Shown in pieces: positions 1-8,402 of a DNA stretch of 64,000 nt. The notes beneath the pieces were generated by a model that made no database searches, was not told the DNA's origin, and saw only the letters and a program-made list of their open reading frames with translations. The stretch is from positions 186,001 to 250,000 of the IMG/VR virus record IMGVR_UViG_3300042482_000702. The stretch is one strand, 5' to 3'. The position numbers and the translations under genes are program-made. How positions within the stretch are numbered: the first letter of the stretch is position 1; every line of letters begins with the position of its first letter.

Positions 1-2659
1 CAACGACTTCTAATTTAACAGAATTATATGTTGGTATTGCAGAATTTGTTAATTTATTTACACCAGAAATATAAAATCCTCTTTCAGTTAATGTATCACA
101 ATTTTCAGAAATATTTAACATTATATCAACCTGTTTTTTATATAAAAATGGGTCATGTCTAATCCAATCAATTAATGGTTGGTAATACCCGTCTGGTGCG
201 GGAACATAAGTACCACCTGATAATATTAAAAAATCCGTAACACCTGAATAATTGGTTGTTGATGTTTTTTTAATTAAACCCTGATAACATTTTGGGTTAT
301 TTTCTAATGTTAATGGGTTAAAAACTCTAGAATTATCCATATCTTTACGTAATATATCTAAAGGTATAGGGGAATTAATGTCAAATAAAAACCAATTACT
401 AATATATGATGGGTAAGGTGATTTAGTTTTAACCTCATTACTTATAGATTTAATTTTTCCGGATTCTATTTGATATGTTTTAATTGGTTGGTTAATCAAT
501 TTTGATGGGGTTTCTTCATCAAAACCACCGGTCGGAGCTCCCGTATAGTATCCTTTTAAGACTTTTTTACACCCAGAAACATCAAAATAAACAGTTTTAC
601 CAATAGTTAAACCTAAACTATCTGTATTATTAAAATATAGGGTAGTACTTTCAGATTTAGCAGGAAAAGTAGATGTACCTTCTTCATTCCACGAAAAATT
701 TGTGTAAATTGACTCTAAAATCCCTATATTTACATCTGGTATAGATACTGAATAATTTCCGACCGTTGTTGCGTATTCGTAAGATGCGTTAAGTAAAAGT
801 GTTGCCTTATTATCGGCATCTAATTGACTAACGCAACTAAATTCTTGTTTAGCGGGTATACTAATTTTCGTTTGAGTAGGTATTTCTAATTCACAACACT
901 TATTTGGAACGGCTTTTTCCATTAATGTGCTATAATATATTTGACCTAAACATGTTGGTTCTGGTTTACCGGATGTATATATTAAGATGATTAATCTTAA
1001 AAAATCAGTTATTAATATTGGGTTATCAGGTTGTATCCCTGTTTGTTGGATGTAATTTGAATTTTCAAACGACTCATCAATATAATCGTAAAATACTCCT
1101 GAACATAGTGTTTTAGAGGATATTAAACCATTACTTACTTGGTAGTAATAAATTCCTTCAGAATAAAACCCATTGGGTACTTTTGAGTATTCATTTTTTA
1201 ATAACGATTGGTTTATTTCCATATATGGTGTTGGAACATATCTATGAAGGAACATTTTACAATCTTCAATTAAAGGAGTTACAGTTTTTTTAAAAAAGGC
1301 TTTCAATATCAGGTATACGGCGATTGCCCCAGCAAGAATAGCTAATAGAGGTCCGAGACCTAAACCGAATAAAAGTTTTGCCCCTAAATCTATTGACAAG
1401 GCTTGTCCTGTTATTATTCGGGTGACCCAACCAACACCTTTGTCAAATATCTGAGTTGCAATAAAATTCACCACTTGGGAGTTCTCAAATGCGATAAGTA
1501 GAGCACCTATTAAGGCTACCGTAGCAACATAATTATTTCCGTTTTTCCATGTAAATATCCCTGATAATCCTGCGTTACCCATGATTAACCGCCAATTAGT
1601 TAAGGTCGGGTCGTAACCGTTTACAATAGCCGAACCCATTTTAATTAATGCGTGGAGAGAACCAATAATTTTATAATGTTCTAATTTAGCAAAGTTGAAT
1701 ACTGTAAAAACATTTTTACTTGAATCATCTCTAATGTTATCGTCATACCCAAGGTAATAACGATAACGAGAAGGTTTGGCTAAATTTGTTTTAAAATATA
1801 TTTCTTTAATTTTACCCACATCACGCAATTTTGGTGTAACACAAGCAGGCGATTCATCTTTAATTGGGTCATAAAATGATTTGGGCCCATCAGTTAATAT
1901 TGTTTGTTCTGTTTTGTTAAATACTCCACCCCATGTCACAATTCTTCGAGAAGTTACTCTATAATTAGTTGTGGTACCAAAGGCTCTATCAATTGGACCA
2001 CCTACTTTATATACTTTATCCGCATAACCATAATAATAAGGTAATGCGGGGTTATTTAAAAAAGGTGAACAGTAAACTAAAGTATTTAATGTCCATTGAG
2101 ATATTGGGATAAATGAATATAAATTAGTTCTTAATTTGGGTGTGTATATTGAATCATATGGTGAATAAACGTGAAGACCTACAGTATATTTATAAATTTC
2201 ACTTGGACAATTATAACCTATCCATACAGAAGCTATATTTGATTCTTGATTAATAGTTTGACCAACACCTATATTAACTAAAAGTATGTCGGACACTTTA
2301 GATTGGTCTAAGTTTACAATAACATAATATCTTTGACCTTTTTTTACCCCATTATCACTAAACACCCATGTGATTGTTGTTAGGGTCTGATTTGGTTGAA
2401 ATAATTTCGATAAATCGTCGGATGATGAAATATCAATACTATTGGGTTGTGAGAACGATATACAACCGTGGTCAACATCACCTTCATAATAAATATCGAT
2501 AGTTACAACACCGTGTTTGGTATTGTCTAACCTTATCGGGATAATTTTAGTTGCAAATTTTAAATTTTTTGGACCATCTGATGACCCCATAAATTTTGGA
2601 ACTGATGAATCAAAATCTGGTTCTACGAAAACATATTTTGGTGATTGAATTTGTGACAT
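1..2659 (-). CDS. Large putative virion protein, runs off the left edge (>885 aa); central hydrophobic hairpin and a DUF5977-like motif; not in the ORF track
   Basis: ATG at 2659 (MSQIQSPKYVFVEPDF...). Frame is open in the segments I translated (hydrophobic stretch ~1290-1530; IYYS...C...IPAKQEFSCVSQLDADNKA at ~800-940). Absence from the track fits having no stop inside the window. Confidence 0.8.
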   Translation of the reverse strand, partial: MSQIQSPKYVFVEPDFDSSVPKFMGSSDGPKNLKFATKIIPIRLDNTKHGVVTIDIYYEGDVDHGCISFSQPNSIDISSSDDLSKLFQPNQTLTTITWVFSDNGVKKGQRYYVIVNLDQSKVSDILLVNIGVGQTINQESNIASVWIGYNCPSEIYKYTVGLHVYSPYDSIYTPKLRTNLYSFIPISQWTLNTLVYCSPFLNNPALPYYYGYADKVYKVGGPIDRAFGTTTNYRVTSRRIVTWGGVFNKTEQTILTDGPKSFYDPIKDESPACVTPKLRDVGKIKEIYFKTNLAKPSRYRYYLGYDDNIRDDSSKNVFTVFNFAKLEHYKIIGSLHALIKMGSAIVNGYDPTLTNWRLIMGNAGLSGIFTWKNGNNYVATVALIGALLIAFENSQVVNFIATQIFDKGVGWVTRIITGQALSIDLGAKLLFGLGLGPLLAILAGAIAVYLILKAFFKKTVTPLIEDCKMFLHRYVPTPYMEINQSLLKNEYSKVPNGFYSEGIYYYQVSNGLISSKTLCSGVFYDYIDESFENSNYIQQTGIQPDNPILITDFLRLIILIYTSGKPEPTCLGQIYYSTLMEKAVPNKCCELEIPTQTKISIPAKQEFSCVSQLDADNKATLLLNASYEYATTVGNYSVSIPDVNIGILESIYTNFSWNEEGTSTFPAKSESTTLYFNNTDSLGLTIGKTVYFDVSGCKKVLKGYYTGAPTGGFDEETPSKLINQPIKTYQIESGKIKSISNEVKTKSPYPSYISNWFLFDINSPIPLDILRKDMDNSRVFNPLTLENNPKCYQGLIKKTSTTNYSGVTDFLILSGGTYVPAPDGYYQPLIDWIRHDPFLYKKQVDIMLNISENCDTLTERGFYISGVNKLTNSAIPTYNSVKLEVV

Positions 2660-2698
2660 GAATATTATATTATTTTTTTATTAATTTTATTAATTTTA

Positions 2699-5600
2699 TT
2701 AACCATTACAATCTAGAATATCTGAACGACAATCTAAAACCTGTATTACCTGTCCTTCATAAACACGATAAATAATGTTATAATTAGAATATTCACCGTT
2801 AATTAGTTGGGTGTAATACCCATCTGTAGTGTATGAACCGGCATTATTTTGTGACCGCATATAAACACCCGATGAATAGGAATTATCTCCACCACCAAAA
2901 CAATCGCTAAAATGAAATGAAGATTGCATGGTTGCAAAAAATTTGATTGTCATAGCACTATTGACCAAATATGTCATTTTGTATGTGTTGTTATATTGGT
3001 TTGGATTTGAATCGTAATATATAACAGATATATAAGAATCTCCGGTTCTTACAAAAGTATTGGTTTTAACACCGTTTGTATATAAAAAAATAGTGTAGGA
3101 TATATTTTTATTTGATGGCTCACAACTAAGAGATAATTTTTTCCAACTAATATTATTTCTACAACAATCACAGATTCCTGTCCAAAAACTACCTAAAGAC
3201 ACGTCTGTAAAAGTACCGGCACCGGCAACCCCCGCAGATGAAAAATTAAATTTAAATGGTTGTCGGATATTGTTGCTAACCATCTCATAAGTTATTAGAC
3301 TTTCGAAGTTTGCAGAGCTAAACCAAATAGTTGGAGCGTTTATATTACTACCATTATTAATGAATTGGTTGTTAATATTGTTAAAATAAACAGTTTTTTG
3401 TTCATTACACGATAAACATAAATTATCTTTATTGGTGCTAAAACAGAATGGAATATCAATATAAGAACAATCTTTAACAAATATGGCAAACCAAGTGGTG
3501 TTATCACTTATCATAAAATTAACAGATAATTGTGTGGAAGCTATAACATATCTTTTCGTAATAAGTCCGGTTGTCTGTTTATTTTGATTCCATCCTTTGA
3601 ATATTGACCCTTTACTAGGTATTGCGGTAATTAAATATTTGTCAACACCATTTTTACCTACTTTAGTTATTGTCGTTCCTGTGGTAGGTCCGTCCGATAC
3701 TGCACCTCCAGCACATGTGCTTTCATATAATACTGTAAAAGTTGTTGTCCCCGAATTTGGGAATACTTCGGTACCACCAGCAATTATTTCACAATCAGGG
3801 GTTGTGGGTTTATAGTTTTGTTGTACTTCTTCTGAGGTGAGTGCCTTACAGTGTATTCTAAAATCGTAAACTCTCATACTAGACGCAAACCCGGAAATAT
3901 TTTGAATCCTATAGGGTCCAGGTGTTGAACCATTTAACGGTTTAGTCATCGCTTTTGATTTTAATAACACACCATTCTTATAAAGAGAACCAATTCCATC
4001 ACTAAAAGTAAATGTCATGTGATATATATTGTTAACTAAAAAAGTACCAGGTCCACATCCCGTATCTGAAGGTGTAAGTCTAGTTGCTATATCTGTACCA
4101 CAATATATTGCACCTGTGGCGGTAGTATGTAGAACAAAATCTCCCCAACTCCCAGAACCATTATTTAAACCTACGGTAAATACTGGCGAATAATCACCCA
4201 TAGTTATGGGCATAAAAATAACTTCTACTGTAAATGATGGTGATAAAATAACAGTACCTGAAACACTTTGGTTACTAGTATTACTGAATGTTATGCTTCC
4301 ATTATTTGCTGAATCAAACGTTGGTCCATTTATAAGTGTTCCGTTATTACCGTTTCCAGATAAATCTGCCCAAACTGTTCCCGTACCTGGATATGAACTT
4401 GTATTTCCAGCGTCTAAATTTAATATAAGACAACTTTGTGCTATTGTATCGTTATAGTTTTGTAATATTTCTTGTGATGAAAGAGCTCGGTTGTAGTATC
4501 TATAAATACTAATATTACCGGAGAATCTTCCATAGACACTTGTGTTAACTGTTACTCCACGTGCGGATAGTTCTACTTTTGTCTTAGGAGAAGCTAAACC
4601 ATTTTTTATAAAAACACCGTTTATATATAATGAAGGTTGTTTATTTACTACTGTTATAACTATATGTACAGTACTAGAAATATTTACAGTGTACGATAAT
4701 AAACAAGGCATATATCCATCTCCATGGTCAAAAACCTGTATTACATTAGTCCCAACAGATATTACAAAGTTTCCATTATTTTGACCGTCTGTAGATTTAT
4801 TAGCATTTGTAATATATCTCTGACCGCTAGTTCCTGGGGTTCCTGTTGTGGATTGTCCTACTATAGTTGCCTCACTAGTAGGTTTACATACAAATTCGTA
4901 TGCAAAATTATCATAAACGGGATACCAAGGGGCAACATCAAATGTTGGTGTTGTAATTGCTTGAGACAAGTTAGGGTTAGGTGTGGTAAAAAATTTTGGT
5001 CCTGATAGAGAAACATAATCATCCACCCCATCAAATACAATACTCCCACCATTCTCAGAATTAAAAGTTGGTCCATTTGTTATCAACCCAATACTTGTAT
5101 AACTACTTAAATCTGTCCATATTATTCCTGTTCTTGGATATGAGTTTATATTCCTTGCGTCTAAATTTAATATAAGACTACCTTGTACTGTTGTTGGGTA
5201 TCTTCCTTTTGTGGTGTTATAGTTTTGAAGTACTTCTGTTGCTGTTAGATTTCTATTATACGATAATAGATTGGATAATTTAAAATTACCATAGATATAT
5301 CCATTCGCATAATTGGCTAATCTAAAATTATTACCACTTGGTAGTGGATTAATGTGAGTTCCTGATGTTTGTGTTATATCATTTCCATTAAGATATATTC
5401 TTACAGAACTGCCATTTCTAGAATAAGCAATATTATACCAATTACCGGGAGCTATTACTCCACTATTAGTTGATGTACCTTGATTAACGCCTGATTGGTT
5501 GGTGACAAATATTATATTCCCTGTAGTACTTATTTGGTCATAATAACCATTTGTACGATAGTTACCTTTAAAAATAACTATAGGTCCTTGCCCTCCTTGA

Positions 5601-5866
5601 TTAGTTGCTAGACTATTAAAATTAACCCAATATGAAAATGAAAAGTTTCCTGATGTGTAATCAAGAATATTTCCTAAGTCTACATATTTATTAACACCGT
5701 CAAAAACAATGCTTCCATTATTTGCTGAATCAAACGTTGGTCCATTTATAAGTGTTCCGTTATTACCGTTTCCTGATAAATCTGTCCAAATTGTTCCCGT
5801 GCCTGGATATGAACTTGTATTTCCAGCGTCTAAATTTAATATGAGTCCACTCTGTATTATTGACAT
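2699..5866 (-). CDS. Tail fibre/adhesin-like protein with three tandem LamG (concanavalin A-like) domains
   Basis: Three repeats starting LILNLDA.N..SYP.TG..W.DLS and ending (Y/H)(N/C)(R/K).L(T/S)..E(V/I).QNY; typical phage LamG lectin module. Confidence 0.8.
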   Translation of the reverse strand: MSIIQSGLILNLDAGNTSSYPGTGTIWTDLSGNGNNGTLINGPTFDSANNGSIVFDGVNKYVDLGNILDYTSGNFSFSYWVNFNSLATNQGGQGPIVIFKGNYRTNGYYDQISTTGNIIFVTNQSGVNQGTSTNSGVIAPGNWYNIAYSRNGSSVRIYLNGNDITQTSGTHINPLPSGNNFRLANYANGYIYGNFKLSNLLSYNRNLTATEVLQNYNTTKGRYPTTVQGSLILNLDARNINSYPRTGIIWTDLSSYTSIGLITNGPTFNSENGGSIVFDGVDDYVSLSGPKFFTTPNPNLSQAITTPTFDVAPWYPVYDNFAYEFVCKPTSEATIVGQSTTGTPGTSGQRYITNANKSTDGQNNGNFVISVGTNVIQVFDHGDGYMPCLLSYTVNISSTVHIVITVVNKQPSLYINGVFIKNGLASPKTKVELSARGVTVNTSVYGRFSGNISIYRYYNRALSSQEILQNYNDTIAQSCLILNLDAGNTSSYPGTGTVWADLSGNGNNGTLINGPTFDSANNGSITFSNTSNQSVSGTVILSPSFTVEVIFMPITMGDYSPVFTVGLNNGSGSWGDFVLHTTATGAIYCGTDIATRLTPSDTGCGPGTFLVNNIYHMTFTFSDGIGSLYKNGVLLKSKAMTKPLNGSTPGPYRIQNISGFASSMRVYDFRIHCKALTSEEVQQNYKPTTPDCEIIAGGTEVFPNSGTTTFTVLYESTCAGGAVSDGPTTGTTITKVGKNGVDKYLITAIPSKGSIFKGWNQNKQTTGLITKRYVIASTQLSVNFMISDNTTWFAIFVKDCSYIDIPFCFSTNKDNLCLSCNEQKTVYFNNINNQFINNGSNINAPTIWFSSANFESLITYEMVSNNIRQPFKFNFSSAGVAGAGTFTDVSLGSFWTGICDCCRNNISWKKLSLSCEPSNKNISYTIFLYTNGVKTNTFVRTGDSYISVIYYDSNPNQYNNTYKMTYLVNSAMTIKFFATMQSSFHFSDCFGGGDNSYSSGVYMRSQNNAGSYTTDGYYTQLINGEYSNYNIIYRVYEGQVIQVLDCRSDILDCNG
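4293..4426. repeat. ~134-bp near-identical repeat, copy in LamG domain 3 (partner 5709-5842)
   Basis: atgcttccattatttgctgaatcaaacg...ccagcgtctaaatttaatat occurs twice with about 4 mismatches. Confidence 0.9.
5709..5842. repeat. ~134-bp near-identical repeat, copy in LamG domain 1 (partner 4293-4426)
   Basis: Direct comparison of the two copies. Confidence 0.9.
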
Positions 5867-5989
5867 TTTATTTTTTTTATTAATTTCTTATTTATTAAGT
5901 TTTTGACTTTTTCAAACAATTATTGTTCGTTATTTTATAAATATAAAAAAATTAAGAAATGTTAATGATTTACAATTATATTTTATGAT

Positions 5990-8329
5990 TTATGGATATG
6001 ATAAAAATGATATAGATGCAACCTCTGTAATTGTATTATAAGATATTGAAGCCACTCTTCTCTTTATATTAACTCCTTCTCCACATAATCCTGTAATAAC
6101 ATTTATAGGGGTCGAAATGGAATTAGCCACAACCGTACCAGTACTTACAAATCTATTTGTTTCAATTCCATCAACAACCTCTTTTGAAATAACTCCACCT
6201 ATAAATGTTTCATATTTTACAGTGATTGGCTCTGTGCCAGAGGGTCCAGAATGCCAGCCAGCAAAACACTCCGCTATTATATCATTTTGAGTTAGAATTC
6301 CGCTATTTTCAAGATTTTTAAAGTTTATAACAACTGATTCCCCAAAAGTCCCAGCAACTGATTGACCAGCGTCATCACCTCCAAAGTAAAGGTAAGAAGT
6401 GTTTATATCAGATGTGACAGGTATAGGGTCTAAATCATCATTTGCACCACAACCAACAACACCTGTTCCAGGAATAAATCCAGTTGTATTACTTGATGAA
6501 GTACCTGACAATGCGCTAGTTGGATACCTAAAAGTAGTAAGTGTATCTAAATCATAATTCTGTCCATATTGATACGTTACAATGATATAGTCAAAAGGAT
6601 TAAGTACTACTGTTTGCGCTGTTATAAAACTTAATGGAGAACCATATCCTGTTCCAACTTGATTAGTAGCAAAAGCTCTAACCCAATATGTATTATTAGG
6701 TGTAAGAGATGTAAGGTTACTACTAAAATCACCTGTACCCGTTCCATCAGATGTACTACCTAATATAATCGCAAAATCTTGGGTAGCACTCCACTGAATT
6801 CCCTTAGCAGATATAGTACCATTGTTTGCGTTTATTGATACTCCTCCACTAGTTGCGGATGTGGTAGTAATATTTACAATAGTTGCGGTGACTAATGTCG
6901 GAACATCTACACTATTTAGATTAACTGTTAGACAACTAGGTATTTGAGACGCTCCGGCAATATTATTTACAACATTATCAACTAATGTTAAACCGTATGG
7001 GGAAGATGTGTTAATTAAATATATATTAGTCGAAGTCGTACTAACAGTATCAGTTATGTAAATATTTCCATTATTCTCAAAAATACCATAAGTACTACAA
7101 GTAATTGGTGATAATAAAGGTACATCAACTTCTATCACACCAGTTGAATAGTCCCATTGTGTTAAATAACAATATCTTATAGTATCAAAATCAACAGTAA
7201 CATCTACATAATTAAGTGCTAAAAATTTATCAGTTGTTGTTCTGAAAAAATCTCCAGTTATTCCCGAAGATTCAATGTTTGATATTCCCCTATTAATGAC
7301 TATTGGAAATTTAGTCGTCATAACCCCCGTCGTAACCCCTGAAATATTAATTTCGACCACCTCAAGTGGTGATGTCGACTTATTTACCGCCAAAATAACA
7401 TCATCTGAAATTGCTGCCAATCCTGCGGAACAACTAAAACCGGAAGGGTAAAATATTTCACGATTAAAAGTTGCGGTAAATGGTGATAATGTTATATTAT
7501 ATTCATAAAAACTTGTTCCGCCAGGCTCCCAAAGTTTATTGGCTGTATGAGCAATATCAAGCCCACCACTATACTGACTTGGCATTGTTAACTCTGTTGA
7601 ATCACCAGTATCAGCATTATAAACCCAAACTTTATCATTACTATCATTATATAATACAGCACAAGTTGATACAACAGGATTACTAGTTGGAGTTGGTGTT
7701 AATGTAGGTGTTGGTGTTAATGTAGGTGTTGGTGTCATTGTTGGCGTTTGTGTTTTTGTTGGTGTCATTGTTGGCGTTTGTGTTTTTGTTGGAGTCATTG
7801 TTGGCGTTTGTGTTTTTGTTGGAGTTATTGTTGGCGTTTGTGTATTTGTCGGAGTCGGAGTTGGTAGACAACTATTGTTAACACAAATATCATAAACTGA
7901 TATATTCACATTTTCATCCGCAAATGGTAACTTACCACAAAAATAAAAAGTCACTGATTGAGGAATTACACCGGTAAATATAGTTCCATTACATTGAGTA
8001 TAACCAAAATTTAAATTACCAGTCCCAACATTAATAAAGGCGATACAATTACACGAGATATTTGTTGGGGTTAATGTTGGTGTCGGAGTTAATGTTGGTG
8101 TAGGTGTAGGTGTAAAACAATTGATGTAATTCATTGTTTTACATCCTTTACTATCGGTTATAACCACCAATAATTTGTTAACCCCATTTAGTTGTGTTGG
8201 TGGTGTTATTGTTATAGGTGCAGATGTCACACCACTAATTACAAAATAACAATAAGTGTATGTTATATCACATACTGTGATACTAAAGGGTGAATTACCT
8301 ACTAAACTAGTGATTTCTATTGACTGCAT
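5990..8329 (-). CDS. Virion surface/fibre protein with Thr-Pro repeat linkers and an FN3-like domain
   Basis: TPTPTPTLTP and (TPTMTPTKTQ)n linkers; FN3-like segment F.S.LT.LTPN.TY.VRAFATN..GTGYG..SF.T of the type seen in Bacteroidota surface proteins. Confidence 0.65.
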   Translation of the reverse strand: MQSIEITSLVGNSPFSITVCDITYTYCYFVISGVTSAPITITPPTQLNGVNKLLVVITDSKGCKTMNYINCFTPTPTPTLTPTPTLTPTNISCNCIAFINVGTGNLNFGYTQCNGTIFTGVIPQSVTFYFCGKLPFADENVNISVYDICVNNSCLPTPTPTNTQTPTITPTKTQTPTMTPTKTQTPTMTPTKTQTPTMTPTPTLTPTPTLTPTPTSNPVVSTCAVLYNDSNDKVWVYNADTGDSTELTMPSQYSGGLDIAHTANKLWEPGGTSFYEYNITLSPFTATFNREIFYPSGFSCSAGLAAISDDVILAVNKSTSPLEVVEINISGVTTGVMTTKFPIVINRGISNIESSGITGDFFRTTTDKFLALNYVDVTVDFDTIRYCYLTQWDYSTGVIEVDVPLLSPITCSTYGIFENNGNIYITDTVSTTSTNIYLINTSSPYGLTLVDNVVNNIAGASQIPSCLTVNLNSVDVPTLVTATIVNITTTSATSGGVSINANNGTISAKGIQWSATQDFAIILGSTSDGTGTGDFSSNLTSLTPNNTYWVRAFATNQVGTGYGSPLSFITAQTVVLNPFDYIIVTYQYGQNYDLDTLTTFRYPTSALSGTSSSNTTGFIPGTGVVGCGANDDLDPIPVTSDINTSYLYFGGDDAGQSVAGTFGESVVINFKNLENSGILTQNDIIAECFAGWHSGPSGTEPITVKYETFIGGVISKEVVDGIETNRFVSTGTVVANSISTPINVITGLCGEGVNIKRRVASISYNTITEVASISFLSYP
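7686..7866. repeat. Coding tandem repeats (30-bp and 18-bp units) encoding a Thr-Pro mucin-like linker
   Basis: ttggtgtcattgttggcgtttgtgtttttg-like unit x3-4, plus ggtgttaatgtaggtgtt x2. Confidence 0.9.
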
Positions 8330-8333
8330 ATTG

Positions 8334-8340
8334 ATAAATA
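8334..8340 (-). promoter_or_regulatory. TATTTAT putative late-promoter motif upstream of the 779-aa gene
   Basis: ataaata on + strand, 4 nt before the ATG; same motif precedes most structural genes. Confidence 0.55.
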
Positions 8341-8373
8341 TAATTATAACTTTTTTTAATTAAATTGTTTTTA

Positions 8374-8401
8374 TTGACAAACATATTCGTTTTGTTATTT
8401 T
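8374..8401 (+). promoter_or_regulatory. sigma70-like promoter (TTGACA-16-TATTTT) for the glycosyltransferase pair
   Basis: ttgaca at 8374-8379 and tatttt at 8396-8401, directly before the ORF at 8403/8409. Confidence 0.45.
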
Positions 8402-8402
8402 T

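Noticed and set aside
4293-5842. Diversity-generating retroelement TR/VR pair
   Set aside because: Only ~4 mismatches, not all at adenines; both copies are in-frame domain starts; no reverse transcriptase in the window
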